DNA of 64,000 nt from Chloroflexota bacterium (GTDB lineage Bacteria > Chloroflexota > UBA11872 > VXOZ01): NCBI GenBank assembly GCA_964291655.2, contig OZ219801.1, positions 352,001 through 416,000 on the forward strand. The letters run 5' to 3'. Position 1 is the first letter of the stretch. Every line of letters starts with the position of its first letter. Positions 18,947 through 28,892 of this stretch are shown in pieces. The position numbers and the translations under genes are program-made. A model generated the notes under the pieces. That model was not told the origin of the DNA, made no database searches, and saw only the letters and a program-made list of their open reading frames with translations.

Positions 18947-20604
18947 GGTCCGAAAAACTCGACGGCCAGATCCTCCGAGTCCTGGCCGACATGCCCTTCC
19001 TCAACCGCCCGGAGATGGTCGCAGTTACAGGCCGGTCGAAGGGCGCGGTCCACGAGGCCGTCGATGGGCTTCAGGAAGGCGGAATCTGCGCCTCCGTGCT
19101 CCACGCCGTGGACTCTTTTCCCCCTACGCGGAGGTTCCACCTCACGGCTGCGGGGCTGCGCAGGCTCGCCCGCGAGAAGCGCATGACTCCCGACGAACTG
19201 GTGCGCACGCACCCCGTCTCTGCCCAGTGGCGGCGCAATCTGATGGAACGCATGGACGCCCTAGCGGTTATCTACCGACTGGCCTCCCACCTCTCCGACT
19301 ACGCATACCCCATGCGCTTTCGCTGGTACCGCTCCTCGAAGCTGGACGCCGCCGTTGAGCTTCCGGATGGGAAGACAATCGGCATCGTCAGGCAGGGACT
19401 CACCGCCGACCGAGCGGTCTTCGCCCAGCGTCTCTGGCGGCTGAAGGACGAGCCCATGCCGGGGATCGTCCTCATCCTCACGACGGACGGGGTGCGACTC
19501 AGGCACGCCCGCAGGATGCTCTCGACCATCGACGTCCCGGCCCTATTCGCCCTGGAGCGTGAGGCGGTCGCGGCCGGAGCCGACGACCCGATATGGACTC
19601 CGGCCCAGGTCAGCGCCGCCGTGAGCCTACGTTATGCCCTCGACAGGATGGAGCCCGGCGGCGCGTTGCCACAGGAGCCGCAACCCGCTCTGGCGTCGGT
19701 CCCCGCCGACCTGCCCGTCACGGGGACGGCATCGGACATGGCCGACCACATGCTGCCCCTGATGCTCAAATCTGCCGAGAAGTGCGCCCTCGACCTGGTA
19801 TTCGACTGGCCCTGGATCGCCCTCTCGGAGCTGGCCGGGCTGATGGGCGTCTCGCCCCAACGGGCGTCCCAGCTGATCAACCCGCTAGAGGGCTTCAGGC
19901 TCGTCGTCCGGCCCCGCGAGGTGGGAGGACGGTTGGCCCTCACCGACCGGGGACTGACTCTCCTCGCCCGCAGGGACAGGACCTCCGTCACTGTCGCCAG
20001 GAGGAGGTTGAGCGTCGACCGGGAGGACGCCACCGCCCCCTACGGCTGGCGCAATCTCTCCGGCAGCCGGAGCAGGCAGCTTCTCAGGAACATCGAGCAC
20101 ACCGCCGCCGTTCACGGCTTCCTCGCCGCGCTCACGGGCCAGGCCCGGCACCTGGGCTGGGAGGGCGTGCATCTCGACCCGCCCAGGATGGCGTCCCGTC
20201 ACTTCCGCCACGACGACCGGATGCGGGCCGTCTATCCCGACGCTTTCGGCGTCCTGCAAAAGGGCGAGACGACCTGGCACTTCTTCCTGGAGTGGGAGCG
20301 CCGCGCCGTGCGCCCATCGACCATGGCGGCCCGTCTCGCCCCATATCTGCGCTACTACTCATCTCACAGGCCCATCGACGACCACGGCGCGAAACCCGAT
20401 GTTCTCATCGTCTTCGACGACGACATCGCCGCCACCCACTTCCTGCGCGTGGCGCGGGAGCGGATGCAGGCCAGCGGGGTCGCGGTCCCCCTGTGGGTCT
20501 CCCACAAAGAGGCAATCGACGCCCTGGGGCCGTTGGGACGCGCCTGGCGCACCCCGGCCACCGCCTGGGAACCACCCCAGGCACTACTGACAGAAAAGCA
20601 ATGA
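18943..20604 (+). CDS. Replication-relaxation (Replic_Relax)-family relaxase with an internally duplicated architecture
   Basis: wHTH-like start; LTxxG in both halves; EHTAAV, YPDAFG, FFLEWER and LAPYLRY motifs; directly follows the coupling protein. Confidence 0.75.
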   Translation: MRSEKLDGQILRVLADMPFLNRPEMVAVTGRSKGAVHEAVDGLQEGGICASVLHAVDSFPPTRRFHLTAAGLRRLAREKRMTPDELVRTHPVSAQWRRNLMERMDALAVIYRLASHLSDYAYPMRFRWYRSSKLDAAVELPDGKTIGIVRQGLTADRAVFAQRLWRLKDEPMPGIVLILTTDGVRLRHARRMLSTIDVPALFALEREAVAAGADDPIWTPAQVSAAVSLRYALDRMEPGGALPQEPQPALASVPADLPVTGTASDMADHMLPLMLKSAEKCALDLVFDWPWIALSELAGLMGVSPQRASQLINPLEGFRLVVRPREVGGRLALTDRGLTLLARRDRTSVTVARRRLSVDREDATAPYGWRNLSGSRSRQLLRNIEHTAAVHGFLAALTGQARHLGWEGVHLDPPRMASRHFRHDDRMRAVYPDAFGVLQKGETTWHFFLEWERRAVRPSTMAARLAPYLRYYSSHRPIDDHGAKPDVLIVFDDDIAATHFLRVARERMQASGVAVPLWVSHKEAIDALGPLGRAWRTPATAWEPPQALLTEKQ

Positions 20605-20927
20605 GCGGCGCAGGGAGCGTCGCGAAAGTCCCCCGTTCAATCCCCGATAGAGGATGGAAAGCCGATGTGCTCACGGAATAACGATATACGGAGAGGCCCC
20701 CGGAGGAGCGGAGGACGGACCGTCGTCCGGCTCGACGCGGCGGCCCTGGGAGACGGCTCGCTCCGCTGAGCCCCTCCCGGAACCGGCCCGCCGGGGTCGA
20801 TACAGACAGACCCGGACCCATGTCGATGCAGGACAGCGGGGAGCGACCGCCCTCCGGTCGCATCCGCCGCCGGATGCACAAGGCCTTGGAACCAAACGCC
20901 AAGAGCTTTGCGACATGGAGGTATGCA

Positions 20928-21218
20928 ATGAACAACACCGACCACATCTACGAATTGAGCGGGATGGAGCCCCTTCAGGGCGCCGTTCTGCCCGAGGATT
21001 TCCCTCTGAGGCTGGAGCTCCTCAAGGAGGCCAGCGGCTTCAGCTGGCGCGGCATGGCCAGGGCCATCGGCATCGACCACAAGCTGCTGCTCAGGTGGCG
21101 CAGGGGAGCGGCGCCGAGCGGGGGCTCGATGCTCTCCCTGTTCCTGTTCGCCAACCGCATCGGATGCCTTCACATCCTCCTGGGGGAGGGGCTACAGATG
21201 ACCTTCTTCAGGAACTAG
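20928..21218 (+). CDS. XRE-like HTH regulator
   Basis: RLELLKEASGFSWRGMARAIGIDHKLLLRWRRGAAPS; RBS GGAGG. Confidence 0.8.
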   Translation: MNNTDHIYELSGMEPLQGAVLPEDFPLRLELLKEASGFSWRGMARAIGIDHKLLLRWRRGAAPSGGSMLSLFLFANRIGCLHILLGEGLQMTFFRN

Positions 21219-21387
21219 CGGACACACCCCGCCGGCGTCGGCATCGGCGCATCGGCGGCAAGGCGGGGTAGGAAACAAAAACGCCGCCGGGCGCTCGTAC
21301 CGATCCGTCCGTGCCCGGCGGCCCAGCCAAAAGATCTGTAACGAGAGGCCAGCGGCATCACCCGAACCGCCGCTGCGACTGTGCAAC

Positions 21388-21654
21388 ATGAAAGACACCA
21401 GTAGACAGAATGCAAGGAACAGGCAGAGGAAGAGGAGACCACAGCGGGACGCTCCCGAGTCATACGCCGACTCGCCGATGGAGTCCTACACCCCGGCCCA
21501 GCAGAGGATGGTCCGCAACGGGCTGCGCATCCTGGCCAAGGTCGCCATACGAGCACACCTGCGAAGGAGTGCAGGCCGCCTCGATTCGGAGGGGGACTGC
21601 GACGGACGGCGAGGCGGCTTAGCAGACGACTCCGAGGGACGACGTGGCGTCTGA
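21388..21654 (+). CDS. Small basic protein, possible recombination accessory factor
   Basis: Amphipathic helix YTPAQQRMVRNGLRILAKVAIRAHLRR; function inferred from position only. Confidence 0.45.
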   Translation: MKDTSRQNARNRQRKRRPQRDAPESYADSPMESYTPAQQRMVRNGLRILAKVAIRAHLRRSAGRLDSEGDCDGRRGGLADDSEGRRGV

Positions 21655-21700
21655 GCCTAACGACCGGCGCAGGAGTGCGCGAATCGGGAGCTTAGACCGA

Positions 21701-22441
21701 TTAGAAGGTCGAGGCGTCCTCGCCCACCCACTTGCGGATGAGGTCGTTCAAAGTACCGTCGGACTTCATCTCGGCCAGGGCAGAGTTCAGCTTCGCCAGC
21801 AGGTCGTTGTCCTTGCGCACGCCCATGCCTATGCCCCGGCCCAGCAGCACCGAGGGGCCGACGACGGTCAGTCGTCCCTTGTACTCCGAGAGCTTGTCCG
21901 TGGCGTAGGCATGGTCCACCAGCATCGCGTCGATGTCGCCGTTCAACAGCGGGGCCAACCGGTCGTCCTCGTCGCTGAACTCTATGTAAGCGATGCCTCG
22001 TTCCGTGAAATAGTCCGAGTAGATGGTGTTGGCGTAAGCCCCCAACCGACCCTCAACGGCCTCGTCGCCCGCGCCCGCCACGGCGAGGTAGACGGACGGA
22101 GTGGGAGGGTAGTATGGCTCGGTGAAGTCGATGGTCTGCTCGCGCTTGTCAGTGATGCTCATGCCGGCGATGATGGCGTCGAACTCCCCCGCCACCAGGT
22201 CCGGGATCATGCTCCCCCAGTCGTTCAGCACCCACTCGCACTCAAGATCGGCCCTGCGGCAGAGTTCGTCGCCGAGCTCGCGCTCAAACCCGTCGATCTC
22301 GCCGTCGTCGTTGATGAAGTTGAAGGGGTGGTAGTCGCCCTCGGTGGCCAACAGCACGGGCTCCGTGTTGTCACTGCACGCGAGCGCCAGTCCACCGACC
22401 GCAACGATCATGATCGCCAGGAGCAGCTTCCAGAGAGACAA
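21701..22441 (-). CDS. Polar amino-acid ABC substrate-binding lipoprotein (ICE cargo)
   Basis: Lipobox LALAC; ATEGDYHPFNF, GEFDAIIAGMSITDKR..IDFT family-3 SBP motifs. Confidence 0.9.
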   Translation of the reverse strand: MSLWKLLLAIMIVAVGGLALACSDNTEPVLLATEGDYHPFNFINDDGEIDGFERELGDELCRRADLECEWVLNDWGSMIPDLVAGEFDAIIAGMSITDKREQTIDFTEPYYPPTPSVYLAVAGAGDEAVEGRLGAYANTIYSDYFTERGIAYIEFSDEDDRLAPLLNGDIDAMLVDHAYATDKLSEYKGRLTVVGPSVLLGRGIGMGVRKDNDLLAKLNSALAEMKSDGTLNDLIRKWVGEDASTF

Positions 22442-22450
22442 CTTAGATCA

Positions 22451-22891
22451 CTAGCTCTGCGAGCCGTCGCCCACATTCCACATGCGTTTTCCAACGATAA
22501 GCGCCAAGACCGTGAACAGTGAGTCCACCAACGGGAAGTAGACCACGTGCGACGTGACAGCTTCACCCGTCTCGCTGTCTGGGTTCAGCGTCCAGAACCA
22601 CTCCCAGAAGAACAGCATGGCCAGGACGACTCCCCCGTAGAACACGAAGCTGCCCCGGACGTGGTCGAGTGTGCTCGCGCCCTCTTCGCCCGCGCTGTCG
22701 AGGATGCGCTTACGCAGGGATCCCACGACCAGGATGATGAGCACGGCGACGGCCATGAACCAGTTCAGTATCTTCCACGTGGGGTAATCAGGCGATCCGT
22801 CGTGATACAGCGGGGTGGCGATCAGGTTGAGAAACACCGCAAGGCCAACGATCACGAGATATGCAGCAACGATCTTCGCAAGCAACTGCAT
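22451..22891 (-). CDS. Four-TM membrane protein (ICE cargo)
   Basis: Four hydrophobic helices; RBS AGGAGG. Confidence 0.7.
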   Translation of the reverse strand: MQLLAKIVAAYLVIVGLAVFLNLIATPLYHDGSPDYPTWKILNWFMAVAVLIILVVGSLRKRILDSAGEEGASTLDHVRGSFVFYGGVVLAMLFFWEWFWTLNPDSETGEAVTSHVVYFPLVDSLFTVLALIVGKRMWNVGDGSQS

Positions 22892-23112
22892 GGTCCTTGA
22901 CCTCCTGAGGGATCTAGCAGTGAACCCGATATGTACTGATCTTGAGAGTCCTCAACAGAATGAACCTCGCCATAGTAATGTCTCGCCCCTATTTTACTCT
23001 GTTTAGACTGCGCGCAACAGGGGCGAGTAGCTTGACGGAGACACCCCGATTCGTTCATGATAAGAGTAAGACTGAGCGCTACCTCAACAGGCAAAAAGGG
23101 GACATTCCCACC

Positions 23113-23310
23113 ATGCCAAGGACAACCGACACCATCACCTTCTCACTGCCACCGGAGTTGGCCCAACAGGTCCGGCAGGTGGTAGAGGAGGAGCAGCGCA
23201 CCGTGAGCGAACTGCTCCGGGAGGCCATCCGTCTCTACATGGAGGAGCGTGAGTGGCGCATCAAGGAACGGACGGAGCGGCGGCTTTCGGGCCGGACCAA
23301 AAAGCATTGA
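23113..23310 (+). CDS. Ribbon-helix-helix (CopG-like) protein
   Basis: TITFSLPPELAQQV...RTVSELLREAIRLY. Confidence 0.8.
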   Translation: MPRTTDTITFSLPPELAQQVRQVVEEEQRTVSELLREAIRLYMEEREWRIKERTERRLSGRTKKH

Positions 23311-23329
23311 ACAGGAGGAGTAAGCGCAG

Positions 23330-25024
23330 ATGAACAATATAACCGACTACACCCCAGTGGCCCTCTACGCCAGGGTCTCCAGCGACCGCCAGGACGTGGA
23401 CCTGTCCGTCGCCGCACAGCTGCGGGCGCTCAGGGACTACGCCGCCAAGAACGACTACTCCGTCGCCCGCGAGTACGTGGACGAAGCCGAGAGCGGCCGT
23501 GTCGCCGACAGACCCGAGTTCCGCAAGATGATCGAAGAGGCCGCCAAGCCCCAGGCGCCTTTTAGGGAGATTCTCGTCTGGAAATTTAGTAGATTCACCC
23601 GCAAGCGGGAGCACGCCGTGGCCTTCAAGTCCATGCTCCGGCGCAAGGGCGTCCGCGTCGTCTCCATCACAGAGCAGGCTGAGGACACCGCCACCGGCAG
23701 GCTCCTTGAGGGAATCATCGAGAGCGTGGACGAATTCTACTCGGAAAATCTTGCCGAGGAGGTTCGACGGGGGATGCGCGAGGCGGCCTCCAGAGGCTTC
23801 TGGGTCGCCAGCAGGACGCCCTACGGCTACAACCGCGTCATGGTGCAGGATGGGGCCAAGAAGAGACCCACACTCGAAATCGACCCGGACACATCACCCG
23901 TCGTCAAGCGCATCTTCGACATGGCCGAGGCAGCCACGGGTATGACCGAGATCACTCGAACGCTCAACAGCGAGGGCATCGCCAGCGCCACCGGAAAACT
24001 CTGGTCCAAGAACGGCGTCCACTTCATCCTCAAGAACGAGGTCTACACGGGGACCCTTCTCTGGGGCGCTACCGGCAAGGGCAAGGCCGACCCGGTGAGG
24101 ATCGAGAAGGCTTTCCCGTCCATCGTCTCAAAGGCCCAGTTCAAGCGTGTCAACAGGCTGATGCGCTCCCGCGCCCCGAAGAGGACGCACCCCCGCAGGG
24201 TGGGAAGCACCTACCTGCTCAGCGGCCTGGTCCGCTGCAAGTCCTGCAACAGGGCGCTCTCCGGCCAGGACGCCAAGAGCGGCCAGTTCGCCTACTACGT
24301 CTGCCAGTCCATCATGAAGCGGGGCAAGGGCGCCTGCGACACCCCCAGGCTCAACGCACGACGCTTCGAGGAGATGGTGGTGGGGAAGATAAGGGAGAGT
24401 GTGCTTACCGAGTCCAACATCACCGAGCTGGTCAAGATCGTGGACGAGGAGATGGACGGCGTGGCGAGTGAGCAGCGCCAGAAGCTTGAGACCATCGAGA
24501 CGGAGCTTGAGGAGGTCAAGCGCAAGCTGGGCCGCGTCTGGCACCTGGTGGAGAACACCGACCTCGACATGGCCGACGCCTCGGACCGCATCAGGGAGCA
24601 CCGGGAGCGGCAGCAGCGTCTTGAGGATGCAGCGGCAGAGGCCAGGGCCATCCTCTCCCAGCGCAGGGAGGTGCTGGACGACGTGGAGACCATCGCGGCC
24701 TACGCCCAGGACATGAGCCAGTTCCTCAACGAGAGCGAACTGACCGAGCGCAGGGCCTTCATCGAGAGCTTCGTCAAGGAGATCGTCGTGATGCCCGATA
24801 ACGCCCTCCTGCGGTACACCATCCCCATGCCTCAGGATGGTCCCGTAGGAGGGAAGGACGCCCAAGAGATGGCCCTGGACGGCTCAGTTCTGCCTACCGT
24901 CAAAAATGGTGGACCCGATCGGGGTCGAACCGACGACCTCGTGAATGCCATTCACGCGCTCTCCCAACTGAGCTACGGGCCCGCATTCGACTATAATTGT
25001 AGCATCGAACGAGGAGTCGCGTAA
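23330..25024 (+). CDS. Large serine recombinase (integrase)
   Basis: YARVSS catalytic Ser, SRFTR, PYGY, recombinase domain, YLLSGLVRCKSC..YYVC..C zinc ribbon and coiled coil. The last 38 codons lie in and beyond the tRNA antisense. Confidence 0.95.
   Translation: MNNITDYTPVALYARVSSDRQDVDLSVAAQLRALRDYAAKNDYSVAREYVDEAESGRVADRPEFRKMIEEAAKPQAPFREILVWKFSRFTRKREHAVAFKSMLRRKGVRVVSITEQAEDTATGRLLEGIIESVDEFYSENLAEEVRRGMREAASRGFWVASRTPYGYNRVMVQDGAKKRPTLEIDPDTSPVVKRIFDMAEAATGMTEITRTLNSEGIASATGKLWSKNGVHFILKNEVYTGTLLWGATGKGKADPVRIEKAFPSIVSKAQFKRVNRLMRSRAPKRTHPRRVGSTYLLSGLVRCKSCNRALSGQDAKSGQFAYYVCQSIMKRGKGACDTPRLNARRFEEMVVGKIRESVLTESNITELVKIVDEEMDGVASEQRQKLETIETELEEVKRKLGRVWHLVENTDLDMADASDRIREHRERQQRLEDAAAEARAILSQRREVLDDVETIAAYAQDMSQFLNESELTERRAFIESFVKEIVVMPDNALLRYTIPMPQDGPVGGKDAQEMALDGSVLPTVKNGGPDRGRTDDLVNAIHALSQLSYGPAFDYNCSIERGVA
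24907..24982 (-). tRNA. tRNA-Ala(GGC)
   Basis: GGGCCCGTAGCTCAGTTGGGAGAGCGCGTGAATGGCATTCACGAGGTCGTCGGTTCGACCCCGATCGGGTCCACCA: cloverleaf, GGC anticodon, G3:U70 pair, encoded CCA. Confidence 0.97.
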
Positions 25025-25063
25025 ACGTAAGCCAGCGGGCTAATGACTATAAGGAGTCCACTG

Positions 25064-26116
25064 ATGGCTACCTACCGCGTTGGTATCGTCGGCTGCACCG
25101 GCATTGCCAGTCAACCGGCTCGATCGCTGTCTCATCCCATTTACGGCGCTGCCGCGCCGCATTCGCATGCCGCGGGCTACAACTGCGTGCCCGCGACGGA
25201 GGTCGTCGCGGTGTGCGACCTGCTGCCCGACCGCACGCAGGATTTTGTTTCCAAGTGGCAGCACCGCTGGCCGGGCATCACCCAGTATCAGGACTATCGC
25301 GAGATGTTGGCACGCGAGAACCTCGACATCGTCAGCGTGGTGACCGGGGACGACCGCCACGCCGACATTACGGTGGCCGCGGCGGAAGCCGGTGCGCGCG
25401 CCATTTTCTGCGAAAAGCCGCTTGCCACCAACCTCGCCGACGCCGACCGCATGATCGCGGCCATCGAGAAACACGGTGTCTTCCTGTCCGTGGATCACAG
25501 CCGCCGCTGGCAACCCCAGTTTTACGAGGCGCGTGCAGCCATCCGCAACGGCGCCATCGGACCGGTACGAACAGTCGTGGGGAACATTGGCGGCCCGCGC
25601 GCCATGCTCTTTCGCAACGGCACGCACATGACGGATGCGATTTGCTTTTTCGCCGACGGAGAGCCGGCGTGGCTGACAGCCCGCTATGACGACCGCTTTG
25701 CGGACTACGGCCCGCGCTACGCCGGCGACGGCGGACACGATCCCAGCACCGACCCGGGCGTTTGCGCCTTCTATCTCTTTTCAAACGGTGTACGTGCCTT
25801 CTACAGCGGCTCGCAAGGGGTCGCCACTGGTTTCGAAATCGAGGTCTTGGGAGAGACCGGCCGAATCCGCTTGGGCAATGCCGTTGCCGCCACAATCGAG
25901 ACCGCCGACGGCGTGCAGGCGCTGGAGCCGGCTACAGCCGCGGTGTCCGGTAGTGCCGCCGCAATCGAAGAACTCATCGCGCTGGTTGAGGGACGTGGTA
26001 CGCTGCCTCAGATTTCCGGGCCTTACGACGGACGTCGCGTGACAGAAATCCTCGTCGCTGCAGTGCAGTCTGCCGCCCAGGGCGGGGCACCGGTCACATT
26101 CCCAGTCAAAGAATAA
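25064..26116 (+). CDS. Gfo/Idh/MocA-family oxidoreductase
   Basis: RVGIVGC Rossmann start, CEKPLA, NGTH..D. Confidence 0.9.
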   Translation: MATYRVGIVGCTGIASQPARSLSHPIYGAAAPHSHAAGYNCVPATEVVAVCDLLPDRTQDFVSKWQHRWPGITQYQDYREMLARENLDIVSVVTGDDRHADITVAAAEAGARAIFCEKPLATNLADADRMIAAIEKHGVFLSVDHSRRWQPQFYEARAAIRNGAIGPVRTVVGNIGGPRAMLFRNGTHMTDAICFFADGEPAWLTARYDDRFADYGPRYAGDGGHDPSTDPGVCAFYLFSNGVRAFYSGSQGVATGFEIEVLGETGRIRLGNAVAATIETADGVQALEPATAAVSGSAAAIEELIALVEGRGTLPQISGPYDGRRVTEILVAAVQSAAQGGAPVTFPVKE

Positions 26117-26172
26117 GAAAACTCTCCTAACCGGTGAGCTTGCCGGAGGCTGGAGGTCAAATCGCGGCAGTT

Positions 26173-26201
26173 TTGACCTTGAAGTACTGTCACCGTACAA
26201 T
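26173..26201 (+). promoter_or_regulatory. Sigma70-like promoter for the RidA-family gene
   Basis: TTGACC-N17-TACAAT. Confidence 0.55.
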
Positions 26202-26266
26202 GCAGAACGTGTAATCACTGCTTGGTAAAGTAGACGAATGTTCTTGTGTCTAAGGAAAGGAACACA

Positions 26267-26737
26267 ATGTCACCGGAAGAGAAACTCAAAGAGCTGGGAC
26301 TCGAACTCCGAGCGCCAAATGCACCCATCGCTAACTATGTACCGTGGGTGCGCACTGGTAATCTGATCTACCTGTCGGGCCAAGGCCCCAATCGCGCGGG
26401 CGACGCTGAAGCCACCGTATACGACGGCAAATTGGGCGAGCGCTACGGCATCGAGGAGGGCTACGAAGCGGCCCGTCAAACCGCCTACAATCTCCTCTGC
26501 GCGCTTCAGGCCGCGACCGGCGACCTCAGCAAAGTATCGCGCATTGTGAAGGTTCTCGGCATGGTAAACAGCGCGCCCGACTTTGCCGATCAGCCGAAAG
26601 TGATCAATGGCTGCTCAGACCTCTTGGTAGAAGTCTTTGGCGACAAGGGTAAGCACGCCCGTTCCGCGGTGGGCATGGGCGCACTGCCGAACAACATCCC
26701 TGTCGAGATCGAGTTTATTGCAGAAGTAGAAGACTAA
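26267..26737 (+). CDS. RidA/YjgF-family protein
   Basis: ANYVP..RTGNLIYLSGQ; INGCSDLL..VFG..GKHARSAVG..LP..IPVEIE. Confidence 0.92.
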   Translation: MSPEEKLKELGLELRAPNAPIANYVPWVRTGNLIYLSGQGPNRAGDAEATVYDGKLGERYGIEEGYEAARQTAYNLLCALQAATGDLSKVSRIVKVLGMVNSAPDFADQPKVINGCSDLLVEVFGDKGKHARSAVGMGALPNNIPVEIEFIAEVED

Positions 26738-27012
26738 CAGCACTGCAAGAGGACCGACATCTCCGTGACGGAGACCTTTGCATAAACCTTGCCGGGAGGG
26801 GAATGTCCCCTCTTCCGCCGGAGACCCTTGCAATACCCATGTGGAAGGAAGATTGTCCCCTCTCCCCTGACGGGAGAGGGTTAGGGTGAGAGCGAAAGTG
26901 CTCTGAGCACGAGCATAGTCTTGCCCGGATTGGTTCTACAATGATTGACTGTACAAGTTTTACGATTAGCGAAGCAGATAAGACCCCTCACCCCGGCCCT
27001 CTCCCCAAGGAG

Positions 27013-27300
27013 TGTACAGACCGGGGACATAGGTAACAGTTGTTCGGGGACATGGGTTACACATTTTACTGATTGACACCTACGAGAGCTTTGGGTTGGT
27101 CCGGGTTTGAAAAGAGACTGGCGACACAGTGCACTCACTTTCAGCCTGTCAGCTTGTGCCAGAGAAACAAACAGTGTGCATAAGGATATTGAGTGGATCT
27201 AACTTTCAAGGCAAGGACATCGCATACTACGAAAATCCCCTCGTTCTATGGTGTTACCTATGAGCCCGAACATGTGTAACCCATGTACCCGGTCTATACA
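27013..27300. mobile_element. 288-bp IS481-type MITE, copy 1
   Basis: Ends TGTACAGACCGGGGACATAGGTAACA and GTAACCCATGTACCCGGTCTATACA match the neighbouring IS481 ends; 5-bp TSD AGGAG. Confidence 0.88.
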
Positions 27301-27524
27301 AGGAGAGGGCGTAAGTCTTGCTCCTCCGGCCGGGGATATGCTAAGGTCTCCCGGAGGGAGAATACGGCACAGATCGGGTCCCCTCTCCTGGGGGAGAGGG
27401 TTAGGGTGAGGGGGAAAGTCCCCGCAGTCTAGGAGTCTTTCCCCGTTATCGCTCTCATGCGTATCGGTCTTGCTATTAAAGAGGATGGGTTGAGCAGAAG
27501 TCCCCTCACCCCGGCCCTCTCCCC

Positions 27525-28789
27525 TGTACAGACCGGGGACATAGGTAACAGATGTTCGGGTAGATAGGTTACACATTTTGTGCTCTGAGGTCTATGGTTT
27601 TTACTCTTTGGATCGAGAAGTACACGTCCCAGACACCGTCCGTTCGGGTGGGTCGCAGGGCGACTTGCTTGTGCGTGAAGGCCCTGCCCACACGGAGCCG
27701 TCTGCCTTGGAAGGAGATGCGGCCGGAGACATCGACGCTGCGTACGCGGTCGTCGGGAGCGTAGGCGAGGGCAGGCAAGGTCTCTGGGAAAGGGCGAGGA
27801 CTAGGCGTGTATCTGGTAATGGGAGTGTCGAGATCGAGGGCATGGTGTGGGCGTTCCAAGTTGTAGAAGTGGCGCCAGGTGTCAAAGGCGCGCTGGCAAT
27901 GGTCCAGGTCGGTAAAGGTGGTCCCTGCCAGCAGTTCGCTCTTGAGGGAGCGGTGGAAGCGTTCCAGCTTGCCGAGTGTCTGGGGATGGTAGGGTCGGCT
28001 GTGCAGGACGTTGATGCCCAGCTGCATGAGCCAGACGGTGAGGGGCGTGAAGGGCTGGGCACTGTCGTTACCCCAGGGAGAGCCGTTGTCCATGAGCATG
28101 GCCTGGGGCAAGCCGTAGCGGCGAAAGACAGCGGTGAGGCGGTCTTGGACCGTCTCTCCCCGCTCGTTGGCACAGGCCTGTAACCCGAGGTTGAAGCGGG
28201 AGTGATCGTCTAGGAGGGTGAGAGGATGACAGCGGTTCTGCTGCATGACGAAATGTCCCTTGAAGTCCATCTGCCACAGCTCGTTGGGCTGGGGTCGTTC
28301 GAAGCGCACATGGGGCGTGTGCTTGGCGCTCTGGGCTGGATCGATGAGCCCATGGCGTTTGAGAATGGCATTGATGGTGCTCTTGGCCGGCACGTCGGTA
28401 TGCCCCTGGTCCTGCAGCATTCTGCGCAGCACATGGGCGCCCTTCGTAGGATGCGCCAGACGCAGCGCGATGATGCGTTCCTCCAGCGCCGGGCGCGTGC
28501 GGTGCGGACACGTGTGCGGCCGCCGCGACCGGTCGTGCAAACCGTCTTCGCCAGCTTTCGCATACCGCTCCAGCGTCTTGTACGCCGTCTTGCGACTGAT
28601 CTCCAGACGGCGACACAGCTCGCTGATGTTGGCCCCTTCCATCAGTGCCAGTGCAATGAACTCCTTGCGTTCAGACACAACCGTACTCTCCTTCCAAGGC
28701 ATGGCGCTCCTCCATCTGTAAGAATCTCCATGCCTTAAGGTGTAACCTATGTGCCCGAACATGTGTAACCCATGTACCCGGTCTATACA
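27525..28789 (-). mobile_element. IS481-family insertion sequence (1265 bp)
   Basis: TGT...ACA terminal IRs; 6-bp TSD CTCCCC. Confidence 0.92.
27569..28702 (-). CDS. IS481-family DDE transposase
   Basis: MPWKE start, HTH, LWQMDFKG, MDNGSPW, HPQTLGKLERFHR. Confidence 0.93.
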   Translation of the reverse strand: MPWKESTVVSERKEFIALALMEGANISELCRRLEISRKTAYKTLERYAKAGEDGLHDRSRRPHTCPHRTRPALEERIIALRLAHPTKGAHVLRRMLQDQGHTDVPAKSTINAILKRHGLIDPAQSAKHTPHVRFERPQPNELWQMDFKGHFVMQQNRCHPLTLLDDHSRFNLGLQACANERGETVQDRLTAVFRRYGLPQAMLMDNGSPWGNDSAQPFTPLTVWLMQLGINVLHSRPYHPQTLGKLERFHRSLKSELLAGTTFTDLDHCQRAFDTWRHFYNLERPHHALDLDTPITRYTPSPRPFPETLPALAYAPDDRVRSVDVSGRISFQGRRLRVGRAFTHKQVALRPTRTDGVWDVYFSIQRVKTIDLRAQNV

Positions 28790-28892
28790 CTCCCCAAGGA
28801 GAGGGAGTAAGTCTTGCTCCTCCGGCCAGAATTATGCAGAGGTCTCCCGGAGGAAGAATACGGCACAGATCGGGTCCCCTCTCCTGGGGGAG

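Larger units (their letters stand above)
1..24910. mobile_element. Integrative conjugative element integrated at the 3' end of tRNA-Ala; left end lies outside the window
   Basis: VirB4/VirD4/VirB6/PrgI/pilin-like operon, Replic_Relax relaxase, primase/annealase region, and a large serine recombinase abutting and overlapping the tRNA 3' end (TGGTGG at 24907). Visibly more GC-rich than the downstream host genes. Confidence 0.88.

Noticed and set aside
20605-20927. oriT downstream of the relaxase
   Set aside because: GC-rich with short stems but no nic motif I can support; position alone is insufficient.
23113-23310. Toxin-antitoxin module
   Set aside because: No adjacent toxin ORF; the RHH gene directly precedes the integrase and more likely regulates it.
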